Source: an uncultured delta proteobacterium (GTDB lineage Bacteria; Desulfobacterota; Desulfomonilia; UBA1062). Taken from it: a stretch of 35,866 nt of DNA. Of the stretch, positions 1-9,839 are shown in pieces. The position numbers were made by a program, and so were the translations under genes. The number at the start of each line of letters is the position of its first letter. Within the stretch, counting starts at the first letter, position 1. The stretch spans positions 1-35,866 of the forward strand of contig CAWCTR010000013.1 in the NCBI GenBank assembly GCA_963798485.1, read 5' to 3'. The notes under the pieces were generated by a model, which worked only from the letters and a program-made list of their open reading frames with translations, made no database searches and was not told the DNA's origin.

Positions 1-1
1 A

Positions 2-1402
2 CTTGTTTGGGGTATATCCGCTTTTTTGGAGCAATGGCAGATACGTAAAAAAAATGTCTTGGTAGTATTCTTTATTTTAATTATCCCGATTCTGATGTTT
101 GTGACTTGGGTACAAGTCAGCTATTGGCAGGACAGTATTACCCTCTTTGGCCATGCACTTGATGTGACAAAAGATAATTTCCTTGCACATGAAAGATTCG
201 GTGCAGCTCTCTCTGAAAAGGGGGATGTTAAGGGATCAATTTATCACTTCAATGAAGCGCTGAAGATTTTCCCAAAGTTTGTCATTGCCCATGTTGGATT
301 AGGAGGAATGCTGGTAGGAATGGGTAAATATGATGAAGCCACAAAACAGTACAGTGAAGCCCTAGAGCTTGATCCGAAAAATGCCTTTGCCCATGTTGGA
401 TTAGGAGGAACGCTGGCAGAAATGGGTAAATATGATGAGGCTGAAAAGGAGTTTAACAAAGCCCTTGAGATTGATCCCAAGAATGATCCTAAGAATGTCA
501 TTGCTTATATAGGGTTGGGATCTGTCCTGGCAGGAAAGGGAAAAATAAGTGAAGCAATTGGAGTTTTCAATGAAGCCCTGAAGCTTGATCCCAACAATGC
601 AAATGTTTACTTTGGATTGGCAACTATCCTTATCGGAAAGGGAAGTAACGATGAGGCAATAAAGAATTATAATAAAACATTAAAAAACAACCCTGGTTAT
701 ATAGAAGCACTTGTAAATCTTGGAAATTTAATGCTGAGCAAGGGGAATTATGATGAAGCTATCCGTTATTATCTTGAAGTAATAGAGAGATATCCTCATC
801 AGGCTGAGGTTTACAACAATTTGGGGTCAGCTTATTGCAATATAGGAAACCTCAAGAAAGCCATTGAATACTTCCAGGAATCATTACGGGAGAAACCGGA
901 CTATGCTTCAGCGGCTGCGAATTTGAAAACTGCACAAATGAACCTGATAAATTTTGAAAAGCAACTTCCGCAGATTCAAGATGCAATAAAGGTAAATCCT
1001 CAGAACCCAATGCTTTATACAAAACTCGGTGACGTCAACAGGCTCATGGGAGAATACGATAAGGCCGCTGCCCAGTATCAAAAGGCGCTCTCTATTCAGC
1101 CCAAATACATCCAGGCCATGTATGGCCTTGTGCTTGTTTATTCCATCGGGGAGGGGGATTATGCAAAGGCACTTGATATGTTGCAGAGAATGCGACAGAT
1201 TCAACCAGAGAATCCCGAGATCTGTTACAACATTGCATGCATTTATGCAAAGCAGAATAGGGATGCTGAATCCATCATTTGGCTCAAGCAGGCAGTAGAT
1301 AAAGGTTTCCGGAATTGGGATCAGATCAAGAACGACCCTGACCTTGCTAACATTAGGAACACTTCTTATGTACTTGGATTGATGAAGAACTGTAAAACTT
1401 AG
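2..1402 (+). CDS. Membrane-anchored multi-TPR protein (C-terminal part; probably TMTC-like GT-C/TPR), 5'-truncated by window
   Basis: Frame is open from base 2 (LVWGISAFLEQW...), then a TM helix, the WQDSITLF motif, about 10 TPR repeats, and a C-terminal YNIACIYA...DPDLANIR TPR cap. Confidence 0.85.
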   Translation, partial: LVWGISAFLEQWQIRKKNVLVVFFILIIPILMFVTWVQVSYWQDSITLFGHALDVTKDNFLAHERFGAALSEKGDVKGSIYHFNEALKIFPKFVIAHVGLGGMLVGMGKYDEATKQYSEALELDPKNAFAHVGLGGTLAEMGKYDEAEKEFNKALEIDPKNDPKNVIAYIGLGSVLAGKGKISEAIGVFNEALKLDPNNANVYFGLATILIGKGSNDEAIKNYNKTLKNNPGYIEALVNLGNLMLSKGNYDEAIRYYLEVIERYPHQAEVYNNLGSAYCNIGNLKKAIEYFQESLREKPDYASAAANLKTAQMNLINFEKQLPQIQDAIKVNPQNPMLYTKLGDVNRLMGEYDKAAAQYQKALSIQPKYIQAMYGLVLVYSIGEGDYAKALDMLQRMRQIQPENPEICYNIACIYAKQNRDAESIIWLKQAVDKGFRNWDQIKNDPDLANIRNTSYVLGLMKNCKT

Positions 1403-1534
1403 CACTAAGTTGAGGATCTCCGCCCAGAATCTGAATCTCCAGAATGTCGATATTCCAATGCTCTATTTTGAAGATGTTGTATAGTAAACATTTATCTCGA
1501 ACTTCCTGCCTAGGTTATCTTTAAGGTTTCTATT

Positions 1535-3002
1535 TAGTCGATCCTGAATAATAGATTAACATAGTAATATTATTGAGTATAAGTGGTTATTTGTGGTACA
1601 TATTATTGCAAGGAAAGCCTGAAAAGAGAGGAGAAACCTTGCAATATGAAACCGAGGAAAAAGCCTGAAGGATCGATCCAGAGTGAGCTGTTCAAAGTGT
1701 TCCTGAAAGATCTCGTATTTGATCGTCACCCGTTGGTAAAGCTGGCTGACATGGTGGAGTGGGAGGTCTTTGAAAAGGAGCTGGCCCCGACGTTTTGCGA
1801 TGACAATGGCAGACCCGGATTGCCGGTGAGGCTGATGGTGGGTCTGCACTATTTGAAATACACGTACGGACTGAGTGATGAGGCAGTAGTGGAGGGATGG
1901 ATAGAGAATCCGTACTGGCAGTATTTCTGTGGGGGGATCTTCTTTGAGCATGAGTTGCCCATCGATCCGTCGAGCATGACCAGGTGGCGGGAACGCCTCC
2001 ATGGTGCCGGGCTGGAGGAGTTGCTTGGAGAGACGATACGGACCGGCCTGCGCGGAGGGTTTATCCGAGAGGCCGAACTGAAGCGGGTGAATGTAGACAC
2101 GACAGTGCAGGAGAAGGATGTACGCTTTCCCACGGATGCAAGGCTGTACGATCGCATGAGAGAGCGGCTGGTGGAAGCGGCCTGGGATCGGGGTATTGAG
2201 CTTCGACAGACGTATACCCGGAAAGGGAAGAAGGCCTTGCTACGGCAGAGCGGGTATGCACGAGCCCAGCAATTCAAGCGTGCACGGAGACAGACGAGGG
2301 CCTTGAAGACCTACCTGGGGCGTGTGGTGAGGGATATTGAACGTAAGGCCGGGGCTCTTGATGATGGCCTGATGGAGCTCCTGGACCTGTCTCGTCAGTT
2401 GCTTGTCCAGGAGAGGCATGACAAGGACAAGCTGTATTCTGTTCATGAGCCTCATGTGGAATGTATCAGCAAAGGCAAGATCCATAAGCGGTATGAATTT
2501 GGCTGCAAGGTGGGAATAGCGACGACGGCGAAAGAGAACTGGTTGGTTGCATCGCTCGCTTTTCATGGCAATCCGTATGACGGGCATACCCTGAAGCAAA
2601 CCCTTGATCAGGGTGGGACGTGTAACCGGGTTGGCACCTAGCCAGGCGGTCTGTGATCTTGGGTATCGGGGGCACAATTGTGAAGGAGGCTGCAGGGTAC
2701 TGATTGCCAATCGCTATCGTAAGTCAGTGCCGGCATCTATCAAGAAATGGTTAAAGCGGCGCTCCGCAGTGGAGCCGGTGATTGGACACCTGAAGCAAGA
2801 GCACAGGATGGATCGTAACACGCTCAAAGGCAAAGCCGAGGACTTCATCAATGCCCTGCTGAGCGCCTGTGGGTATAACATCCGGAAGTTACTGCGGGCC
2901 ATCGCCCGATTTTTTACCTTCATTTTTACCTTGCTGTATCTGGGCCACAATCGACCAGTCCCTCAGTCACCAGGATGAAAACGAGTTATTCAGGATCGAC
3001 TA
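1535..3002 (+). mobile_element. IS5-family insertion sequence
   Basis: Perfect 17-bp inverted repeats TAGTCGATCCTGAATAA (1535-1551) / TTATTCAGGATCGACTA (2986-3002); flanks TATTTA/TATCTA; encloses a DDE transposase; GC jump versus flanks. Confidence 0.93.
1646..2978 (+). pseudogene. IS5-family DDE transposase with +1 frameshift near 2611
   Basis: GRP...LSDE...ENPYWQYFCG, VDTTVQEK, YEFGCK, GNPYDG motifs in ORF 1583-2641. DLGYRG and RRSAVEPVIGHLK lie in the next frame. Removing one G from CAGGGTGG restores LDQVGRVTG. Confidence 0.85.
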
Positions 3003-3091
3003 TCTATATCGAATCGTTTCTAGAAAAATTTACTAAGGGAAAGCTCGGTGCCCATTTCATGTTGACTTTAATAAAGAATGTCTAATACTAA

Positions 3092-3163
3092 TTAGTCGCA
3101 CCTTAACAATAAATTACTATAATAATATTATTGAATATAAGTTTTAGCTGTAAAGGGTACATA
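3092..3163 (+). repeat. Degenerate copy of an IS5 left end
   Basis: TTAGTCGcaCCTtAAcAATAaATTActATAaTAATATTATTGAaTATAAGT aligns without gaps to 1534-1584. Confidence 0.7.
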
Positions 3164-3165
3164 GT

Positions 3166-4200
3166 GTGACGAGTAAAGAAAGATATATAGGTATTGATTA
3201 CTTGAGGGCACTGTTTTCAGTATGTGTGGTTGCGGTGCATTTGGGATATATCTCACCTTCAAGTATCTTCAATAGAGAACTATACATGAATCACAGGTTT
3301 ACATTATCTGATTTTGTCAATTTCTACATTCTTTTACTCGCTGTACCTGTCTTCTTTATAATCTCAAATTATTTTTTTTACAGGAAGCCCGTTGGGTGGG
3401 AAGTATGCTATAAATATCTAAAACGTATTATAAAATTAGCCATTATCTGGCCTATATTCTATTCATTATATGGAATTTTGGTATTTCAGGTTTGGCCTAG
3501 GATACCTAGAAACGGACTTGAAATGATTTATTTTATTTTCACAGCGTCTCGAACTATTTATTTTTATTTTGTCTCATTAATTGGCTTAACAATTATCACG
3601 TACTTTTCCAAATCAATCCGCATACGTTACATTGCGATATTTTTTATACTAACTACCTTGTTAGTATCTTCTCTACCTCTCCTATCGATGACGACAGGAA
3701 ATTATTTATTTAGCATTTTCTGGAATCCTTTGAATTTTCTTCCTTATCCATTTGCTGCAATATTGGTTTCTAGGCTTATTGATTTAAAGTTAAATAAGCT
3801 TAAGCAAACTTATTTGATGGTCGGTTGGTTCTTAATCTGCTTTCTTATGATAGTTATAGATTGGAGGGCATATATTGATGCTGGCTTTTTCAAGGTCAAT
3901 TCTTACGCAATTCCAGCATATTCAAGATCATCCTTGATATTTATTTCCATGGCGGTATTGTATTTCTCAATAAAAATAAGGCCAAAATTTAATTTTATAA
4001 TTGATTTTATGTCACGCTACAGTTTGGAACTATATTGCCTTCATATATTCTTTGTCCCATTTACATATTCATTATCACATGGAAATATTATTCTTTCATT
4101 GCCGATAACGATATTACTATCATACTTGGTTGCTGTAATATGGTCACACTTCTTGCGATTATGTCAACGGGCGTTTGAAAGTTTACCAAGAAGCAGTTGA
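3166..4200 (+). CDS. Acyltransferase-3 (OafA/YrhL-like) membrane O-acyltransferase
   Basis: GIDYLRA...VVAVH, AVPVFFIIS, SRYSLELYCLH motifs; about 10 TM helices. Confidence 0.85.
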   Translation: MTSKERYIGIDYLRALFSVCVVAVHLGYISPSSIFNRELYMNHRFTLSDFVNFYILLLAVPVFFIISNYFFYRKPVGWEVCYKYLKRIIKLAIIWPIFYSLYGILVFQVWPRIPRNGLEMIYFIFTASRTIYFYFVSLIGLTIITYFSKSIRIRYIAIFFILTTLLVSSLPLLSMTTGNYLFSIFWNPLNFLPYPFAAILVSRLIDLKLNKLKQTYLMVGWFLICFLMIVIDWRAYIDAGFFKVNSYAIPAYSRSSLIFISMAVLYFSIKIRPKFNFIIDFMSRYSLELYCLHIFFVPFTYSLSHGNIILSLPITILLSYLVAVIWSHFLRLCQRAFESLPRSS

Positions 4201-4294
4201 GCTTGATCAGTATCTTATAAAAATGAAGTTAAGCTTAGATATTTCAGCATAAGCGTGGAGGTGTTGTGTCTTTGTTTTTTATCGTTTGCGAAAA

Positions 4295-4355
4295 GGCCCC
4301 GTTGAAGGGCCAGCAAACATAAAGCCTCCGGCTCTGCTGCCGGAGGATAGTTACT
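4295..4355 (+). repeat. IS200/IS605-type end hairpins (orphan relic)
   Basis: GGCCC..GGGCC hairpin, then AAAGCCTCCGGC-TCTGCT-GCCGGAGG-ATAGTTACT, resembling IS200 tnpA right ends; no transposase nearby. Confidence 0.5.
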
Positions 4356-4395
4356 GTTGACTATTCCCTTAAATATAATTAGTTAGTTTAATTAT

Positions 4396-6420
4396 ATGTC
4401 GAAAAAATCAGAGGCTTCGGAAATAACTGTCCAAAATAATGAAAGAAAACCCTATTATTTACTTTCTAAAGATATAATAATACATCTTAAAGACATTCTT
4501 TTAAGTAAACCTCTAAAATACTTTTACTTTTCAACCTGTTTCTGTGTCACATATATTGCAATATTTATCCTAAGCGGACGCAACGTTCCTTCCTTAGATC
4601 TGGACAATTCCTGGCAGGTCGTTTTGGAATACGCTGTCGAGCATCAATTTCAGTTTGGCAAGGATATTGTCTTCAATTATGGCCCTCTCGGCTTCATAGC
4701 TACTTTAGTCAGCCAGGGTCATCTCATTGGACAACGCATTTTTTTCGCCTTACTTTTAAGCCTGATCATTGCTGCGTCAGTAACTTGGTTTATCAGCAAG
4801 ATAAATGGATTCCCTCGATATTTGTTTCTAATTTGGTTCTTTGTCTTCGTAACTGATATTGATATACTCGGTCCAGCATTTGATATATATCTTTTTGATA
4901 TATATCTTTCCTTGGCAATGATCTGCGGTACCATATTTCTCATTGACGAAGATTGCAAACAAATTTGGGTTACTCCACTGATTATAGCTAATTTTGCTTT
5001 ATTCTCCTTTATAAAATTCACTTATTTCTTGGCAGCATGCGTTAGCCTTACACTATGCATCTTATTAAAGTCTGTTGAAAAAAAGTTTGTGGAAGCAGTT
5101 TACATTGTAACATGTTCAATTCTATTCATTCTCCTTTTCTGGAAAGCACTTGGTCAGGAGATTGTGAACTTCCCAAGATGGATTTATGGAAGCCTCGAGC
5201 TAACATTCGGGCATGTTCAGGCAATGAGTAAATTACCTCTTCCAGGGGTTTTTCTCTTTGCAATAATTGCTTCATTACTCTATATCGTTGCAGTTGTTTT
5301 TATCATCTATAAGTCGAAACTTAATATGAAATCTCTGATCTTCCTCTTAGCCCTTCTCTTTTTTACATTCCTATTGTGGAAAGAAGGATTCACCCGTGCT
5401 GACGGTCATGTAGTATTGTATCTATGCTTTCTCCCCCTTGCATTTTGCATTATGTTCATCAGAACATCCTGGTTTTCAATTCAGCCTAGTAAACTTCTGA
5501 TCTCCCTTATAGTAGGCACTATTCTCTGTTGTCTCTTAGCTATTAATTCGCAATATAATGGTTTCGTCTTAAACTCAGTAAATTATTTACCAGTGAGTAT
5601 CTATTCTAAAACCAAAAGTGCTTGGTATGCCATTTCAGGTAAAGGGAAATCCCTTTTTCCTGACTATGAGCAGCTGAACGATTATAGAAGAGCGGCGATG
5701 CTCCCAACTACACAGAAGATTGTTGGCAACCATCCAGTTGACGTCATGAACTATCTTCAGTGGGCGGCAGTGGCAAATGGAATGAACTATCAACCCAGGC
5801 CTGTCTTTCAAGGCTATTTAGCATATACTCCCTATCTGCAGGAACTTAATAAAGCTTATCTCAAAAGATTAGATTCTCCAAACTATATACTGTTTTGTCA
5901 TCAAAGCATTGATAAACGATTTCCAACAATCAACGATTCAGCATCATTTAACTATGTTCTATGTAATTATGTGCCAGTTGAAAGTGAGAACGGGTTTATT
6001 CTGATGCATAAGATTCTAACAAAAGAGTTTGTGTTTCAACCTATTCATGAACAGACACTCCAATTTGGGGAGCAACTCGATATCACAAGATGGAACAAGG
6101 ACCTGATATTTATTTCAGTATCCATGAAGCCAACGGTCCTAGGACGGGTTATCACCTTCCTGTTTCAGCAATTTCCCATTGGCATGAATTGCTATGTTGG
6201 GGACTCAGTTGGATCGTTACAATTCGTGCCGATAATGGGAAATCTTCCGTTTCTCCTGAATCCACTTATCCTAAATAACGATGACATATTATATATGTAT
6301 AAAGGCACTCCGCGTTTCCCCATCCAAAAAATATCTTTTGAAATTTTAAACCAAAATTTGCCCAGTCAGTGGGAGGATTCTATTGTCGTTAAGCTTTATA
6401 AAGCTCAAAGAGTGAAGTGA
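4396..6420 (+). CDS. Large polytopic membrane protein, putative GT-C-like glycosyltransferase
   Basis: About 11-12 TM helices; N-terminal loop LDNSW...FNYGPLGF, then a soluble C-terminal domain (QPRPVFQGY, SIDKRFP); glycan-modification neighbourhood. Confidence 0.6.
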   Translation: MSKKSEASEITVQNNERKPYYLLSKDIIIHLKDILLSKPLKYFYFSTCFCVTYIAIFILSGRNVPSLDLDNSWQVVLEYAVEHQFQFGKDIVFNYGPLGFIATLVSQGHLIGQRIFFALLLSLIIAASVTWFISKINGFPRYLFLIWFFVFVTDIDILGPAFDIYLFDIYLSLAMICGTIFLIDEDCKQIWVTPLIIANFALFSFIKFTYFLAACVSLTLCILLKSVEKKFVEAVYIVTCSILFILLFWKALGQEIVNFPRWIYGSLELTFGHVQAMSKLPLPGVFLFAIIASLLYIVAVVFIIYKSKLNMKSLIFLLALLFFTFLLWKEGFTRADGHVVLYLCFLPLAFCIMFIRTSWFSIQPSKLLISLIVGTILCCLLAINSQYNGFVLNSVNYLPVSIYSKTKSAWYAISGKGKSLFPDYEQLNDYRRAAMLPTTQKIVGNHPVDVMNYLQWAAVANGMNYQPRPVFQGYLAYTPYLQELNKAYLKRLDSPNYILFCHQSIDKRFPTINDSASFNYVLCNYVPVESENGFILMHKILTKEFVFQPIHEQTLQFGEQLDITRWNKDLIFISVSMKPTVLGRVITFLFQQFPIGMNCYVGDSVGSLQFVPIMGNLPFLLNPLILNNDDILYMYKGTPRFPIQKISFEILNQNLPSQWEDSIVVKLYKAQRVK

Positions 6421-6626
6421 ACAATCAAGTATTTATACACCTGCATAGTATCTTTAAGTTATATGACGTCTGAAGCACAGCATTTGTTTACAAGGAAATA
6501 ATAAAATGCTTAGAATCTCTTTCTTATAACAAAACGGAATGTCCCATCTAACGGTAGCGCACATTAAACTTCCCATTAAAAACCATTTTATGATATTATT
6601 AGTGCATCTTCTATCGGGGGAGTGCA

Positions 6627-7103
6627 ATGGAAAATTTTTGGAAATGGGCAAGAAATACTGCGGCGCTTATCGCAATAGGTTTGTTTTTTAAATCGTGGAG
6701 AGAAAATATGGAAAGCTTATATTTCTTCTGGAATCATCTGACGCCTTGGCAAGTCATGTTCTTTCTGGTTCTATGTTTTGCATTCTTTTCAGTATGGAGA
6801 TGGAAATTGAGGGCAAATGAGACCAGATGTAAAAAAAATGACTTATCGACGATGGAATCAATAATATCTAACACTCGGTCTATTGAGGTAATACACAACC
6901 CAGAAGGTTATCAATACCTTGTCGAGAGGGATGTTTGTTCTCATATTCCTGATCCACCTACCTTTAATTATCTTGCGAGTCTATATGGTTTTACTTGGGG
7001 TGATTCCAAGTTGATGTTACCTGATGATATCAAGAAAAAATATACTATAGGCAAACAATTGCCTAGTGTATTGCTGCATTGTCCAATACCTCCTAAGCCT
7101 TGA
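6627..7103 (+). CDS. Hypothetical 2-TM membrane protein (IS1595 passenger)
   Basis: GGGGAG RBS; two hydrophobic helices and a small C-terminal domain (YLVE...HIPDPPTFN...GFTW...GKQLP). Confidence 0.7.
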   Translation: MENFWKWARNTAALIAIGLFFKSWRENMESLYFFWNHLTPWQVMFFLVLCFAFFSVWRWKLRANETRCKKNDLSTMESIISNTRSIEVIHNPEGYQYLVERDVCSHIPDPPTFNYLASLYGFTWGDSKLMLPDDIKKKYTIGKQLPSVLLHCPIPPKP

Positions 7104-7111
7104 TGGATTAT

Positions 7112-8029
7112 TCAATCATCCTCTTCAATCCATTCCATCTGCTCTGGCTCATGACTAAATGCACGCTTAAAGGATCGTTCAAAGTTTTTCCAATTAGAAG
7201 ATACCTTCATTAAGGTTGTTATAACAGCTACTTGTCTTTCGAGGTGAGGATTGCCTATATCATCTGTTAACCATTGATGATGTTTAAATTTGCGTCTGCC
7301 TTTTTCATTAGGCGGATTCTTGGATTCAAGTTCTTCTAAAACTCCTGGAGGTAGTTGCTCATAGACGAGTTTTTTTGTAAGCTTGCCTGCATACCTAGGG
7401 CCTCTAGGAGCACCTTTTATGATTGAGATAGGATAGGGCCACCTTTTCAATCTAAACATCTCTTTGTAAAACTCAGGAGGAAATCGTCTCGTCCATGGCA
7501 TTAATGCATCTGAAATATAAGCAGATAGTATTTTTTGCAGTTCATCGCGCTCTCTGTCTGCCTGATAGCCAGTAGCTTCATCAACTAAGGCTATAATTCC
7601 CACATGGGCAAGCCCACGCATCAATATTTCAGCCTGCGAGCACTTGCTCAGTTGTTGATTATTCAAGGCACCAGAGTCTCTGGCCTTTAGCCAGACCTCA
7701 CATATTTGTGGCAACAATACTGCCTTATAACCATGAGCAATTCGTCTTCCTACTTTATAACGTATTGGTTCAGTGAGCCCTATATATAACTCATCAGAAA
7801 TAAATGGTTTTAGGTTGTTTGATGCCATAAAAACAGGCAGGGGGGCCCTGCCTTCTGTTTGAGCTTTCTTCTTGTGGCGTTTAGCCGCACCACTTCTTGA
7901 TTTCATGGCTGTTGTTACACCATGATCTGATAGAATCCTGGTCCCATCCTCAAGAACTGCACAAGGTAATTCGATATCTCCTATCTTTAGTTTTCCTGGA
8001 TGTGTAGCTTTTAAAATCTTGTCATTCAT
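7112..8029 (-). CDS. P63C domain protein (IS1595 passenger)
   Basis: LKIGDIELPCAVLEDGTRILS N-terminus, GIIALVDEATGYQ, PWTRRFPPEFY, KHHQWLT..IG motifs; starts 1 nt after the transposase stop. Confidence 0.88.
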   Translation of the reverse strand: MNDKILKATHPGKLKIGDIELPCAVLEDGTRILSDHGVTTAMKSRSGAAKRHKKKAQTEGRAPLPVFMASNNLKPFISDELYIGLTEPIRYKVGRRIAHGYKAVLLPQICEVWLKARDSGALNNQQLSKCSQAEILMRGLAHVGIIALVDEATGYQADRERDELQKILSAYISDALMPWTRRFPPEFYKEMFRLKRWPYPISIIKGAPRGPRYAGKLTKKLVYEQLPPGVLEELESKNPPNEKGRRKFKHHQWLTDDIGNPHLERQVAVITTLMKVSSNWKNFERSFKRAFSHEPEQMEWIEEDD

Positions 8030-8030
8030 T

Positions 8031-8903
8031 TTAGCACCTCACTGCTTTTTCTAAGGTATAGTCAAACAGGTTATCTTGCTTATTGTGGTTCCAGCGATAG
8101 CAAAACTCATCGATATATTTTGGAAGATGGCGAACGCTGACCTTATGATACTGCCCGATGATTCCACGTTTCAAAAGAGCCCAAAAAGATTCTATTGTAT
8201 TGGTATGAATGTCTCCATTAACATACCATACAGCGTGATCTATGCTCATGTGAGGCATCATGGTTTTGATACCAAGATATCCCTTGAAAGCATCAGTCAT
8301 AAGTATAGAGTTTTTAATGTCTACGTTCTTACGTACAAGGGCATTGAGATTCTTGGCTGTCATTGGTTTATTCTTAAAGACCTCTGCTTTTACCCTTCCA
8401 TTTCTTTCAACCACACCTACAACGGGAGTCTTCTTGGTTCCGCGTCCACGTTTATGACCACCTTCCGGTGCATTACCTTTCCGTGGCTTTCCTCCAACGT
8501 ATGTTTCATCAGCTTCCACTATCCCCGTTAAAAGCTCACGTTGTTCGTGCTGATTCATGGCCTCACGTACTTTCATACCAATGCGCCATGCTGTGTCTTT
8601 ATTGACCTTGAGATCCCTTCCGAGTTGCCTTGCTGCAATGCCTTTCTTGGCATTCAAAACGAGTGTCACAGCAAGAAACCATTTCTGTAGGGGTATGCGA
8701 GTATGATGGAATATTGTGCCTACTGTAACACTAAATGTGGTGTTGCAATTATTGCAATGATGTCTCTTTTCTTTGGGCATTGGAGTTGATTTTGTGGACT
8801 TGCAATAAGGGCATGTAGGCTTATCATTCCAGCGTACTTTCTCAAGATGAGCTATGCAATCGTCATTGGTTGGGAACGTTTCATAGATTTCTACAATATT
8901 CAT
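8031..8903 (-). CDS. IS1595-family transposase
   Basis: Zn-ribbon CPYC..CNNC, HTH, VEADETYVGG, TD, HTNTIESFW, EFCYRWN; ATG 8903 follows a GAGGT RBS. Confidence 0.95.
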   Translation of the reverse strand: MNIVEIYETFPTNDDCIAHLEKVRWNDKPTCPYCKSTKSTPMPKEKRHHCNNCNTTFSVTVGTIFHHTRIPLQKWFLAVTLVLNAKKGIAARQLGRDLKVNKDTAWRIGMKVREAMNQHEQRELLTGIVEADETYVGGKPRKGNAPEGGHKRGRGTKKTPVVGVVERNGRVKAEVFKNKPMTAKNLNALVRKNVDIKNSILMTDAFKGYLGIKTMMPHMSIDHAVWYVNGDIHTNTIESFWALLKRGIIGQYHKVSVRHLPKYIDEFCYRWNHNKQDNLFDYTLEKAVRC

Positions 8904-9083
8904 ATCATCTACCTCTTGCCCATACATTATAATAGGCAAGAGGCACTTGTCAAGGTTTATTTCACTACCTTATGATGGGACATTCCGTAACAAAATAATC
9001 CCTATCCCTCAACAAGTCTATTACTCCTCCCATCCCAAAGCAGTTCAAGCTTTTCCCCCTTCAAAAAAACGGAGGTTTTCTGC

Positions 9084-9599
9084 ATGGAGCCAGTAATTCA
9101 GCAAGACATTGAAATTAGACGTGAGAAAGTCCTTGTACCCATTACTATGACGGTGAAAGAGATCATGGAGAAATACGATCTCTCAGACAGTGTCGCCAGA
9201 AAATCCCTGAAGAGAGGCTGGTTTGTGAAGAACTACGGAAGGAACCAGATAATCATTGACCGTGAGCATTTCAATCCGGAGACATCCTATTCCATTGCAA
9301 AGCAGGTCTTCTACAAGAATTTCAGGAAAAATCCTGTTGTCCAGACTATAAAGGAGGATCTCATCCAGGAAGCAGTTGCCCTCATGTTCATGCAATCAGG
9401 AAAGATCAGGAAAGGAGCCACCAAGAAATACAATGATCGATATGGGTACTGGTGGGCTGCTCATAACGCAATTCTATCTTACTTAACGAAATGGGTTCGG
9501 CAGACACGGTATGATGTCCAGCTTGAAGACGATATTCATCCATACATGACCAAAGGCAATAGAAGGTATTCACCTCAGTACGGATGGATATATTGTTAA
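9084..9599 (+). CDS. Hypothetical protein with putative N-terminal HTH and sigma-70 region-2-like segment
   Basis: GGAGG RBS; TVKEIMEKYDLSDSVARK; EDLIQEAV...AHNAILSYL. Confidence 0.7.
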   Translation: MEPVIQQDIEIRREKVLVPITMTVKEIMEKYDLSDSVARKSLKRGWFVKNYGRNQIIIDREHFNPETSYSIAKQVFYKNFRKNPVVQTIKEDLIQEAVALMFMQSGKIRKGATKKYNDRYGYWWAAHNAILSYLTKWVRQTRYDVQLEDDIHPYMTKGNRRYSPQYGWIYC

Positions 9600-9623
9600 A
9601 ACCAGGAGGGATGGTGGGGGAAG

Positions 9624-9652
9624 TTTTCAAGACGCCCGGGGCGCTTTGAAAA
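9624..9652 (+). terminator. Hairpin downstream of 9084-9599
   Basis: TTTTCAA-gaCGCCC-g-GGGCG-ct-TTGAAAA imperfect stem; no clear U tract. Confidence 0.35.
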
Positions 9653-9839
9653 TTAAGGATTAACCATGAGGTCAGCGTTCATCCTATTGAGGGATTCGGA
9701 GGGGGATCTTTATAGATAGGGTGGTCGCTGGCTTGCGTATTCCGGTGAAAGCGGCCACGTGTTCCGATTCAAAGCGGCCACCAATATGATGAAAGCGGCC
9801 ACCCCGTCGGAGCCGTCAGGCGACGCTGGTTTTTTCTCC

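Larger units (their letters stand above)
6535..8987 (-). mobile_element. IS1595-family transporter IS with two passenger genes
   Basis: Imperfect ~25-bp IRs (first 14 bp identical: CGGAATGTCCCATC); perfect 8-bp TSD TAACAAAA at 6527-6534 and 8988-8995. Confidence 0.95.

Noticed and set aside
2600-2641. Programmed frameshift in the IS5 transposase
   Set aside because: No A-rich slippery heptamer; a single extra G explains it.
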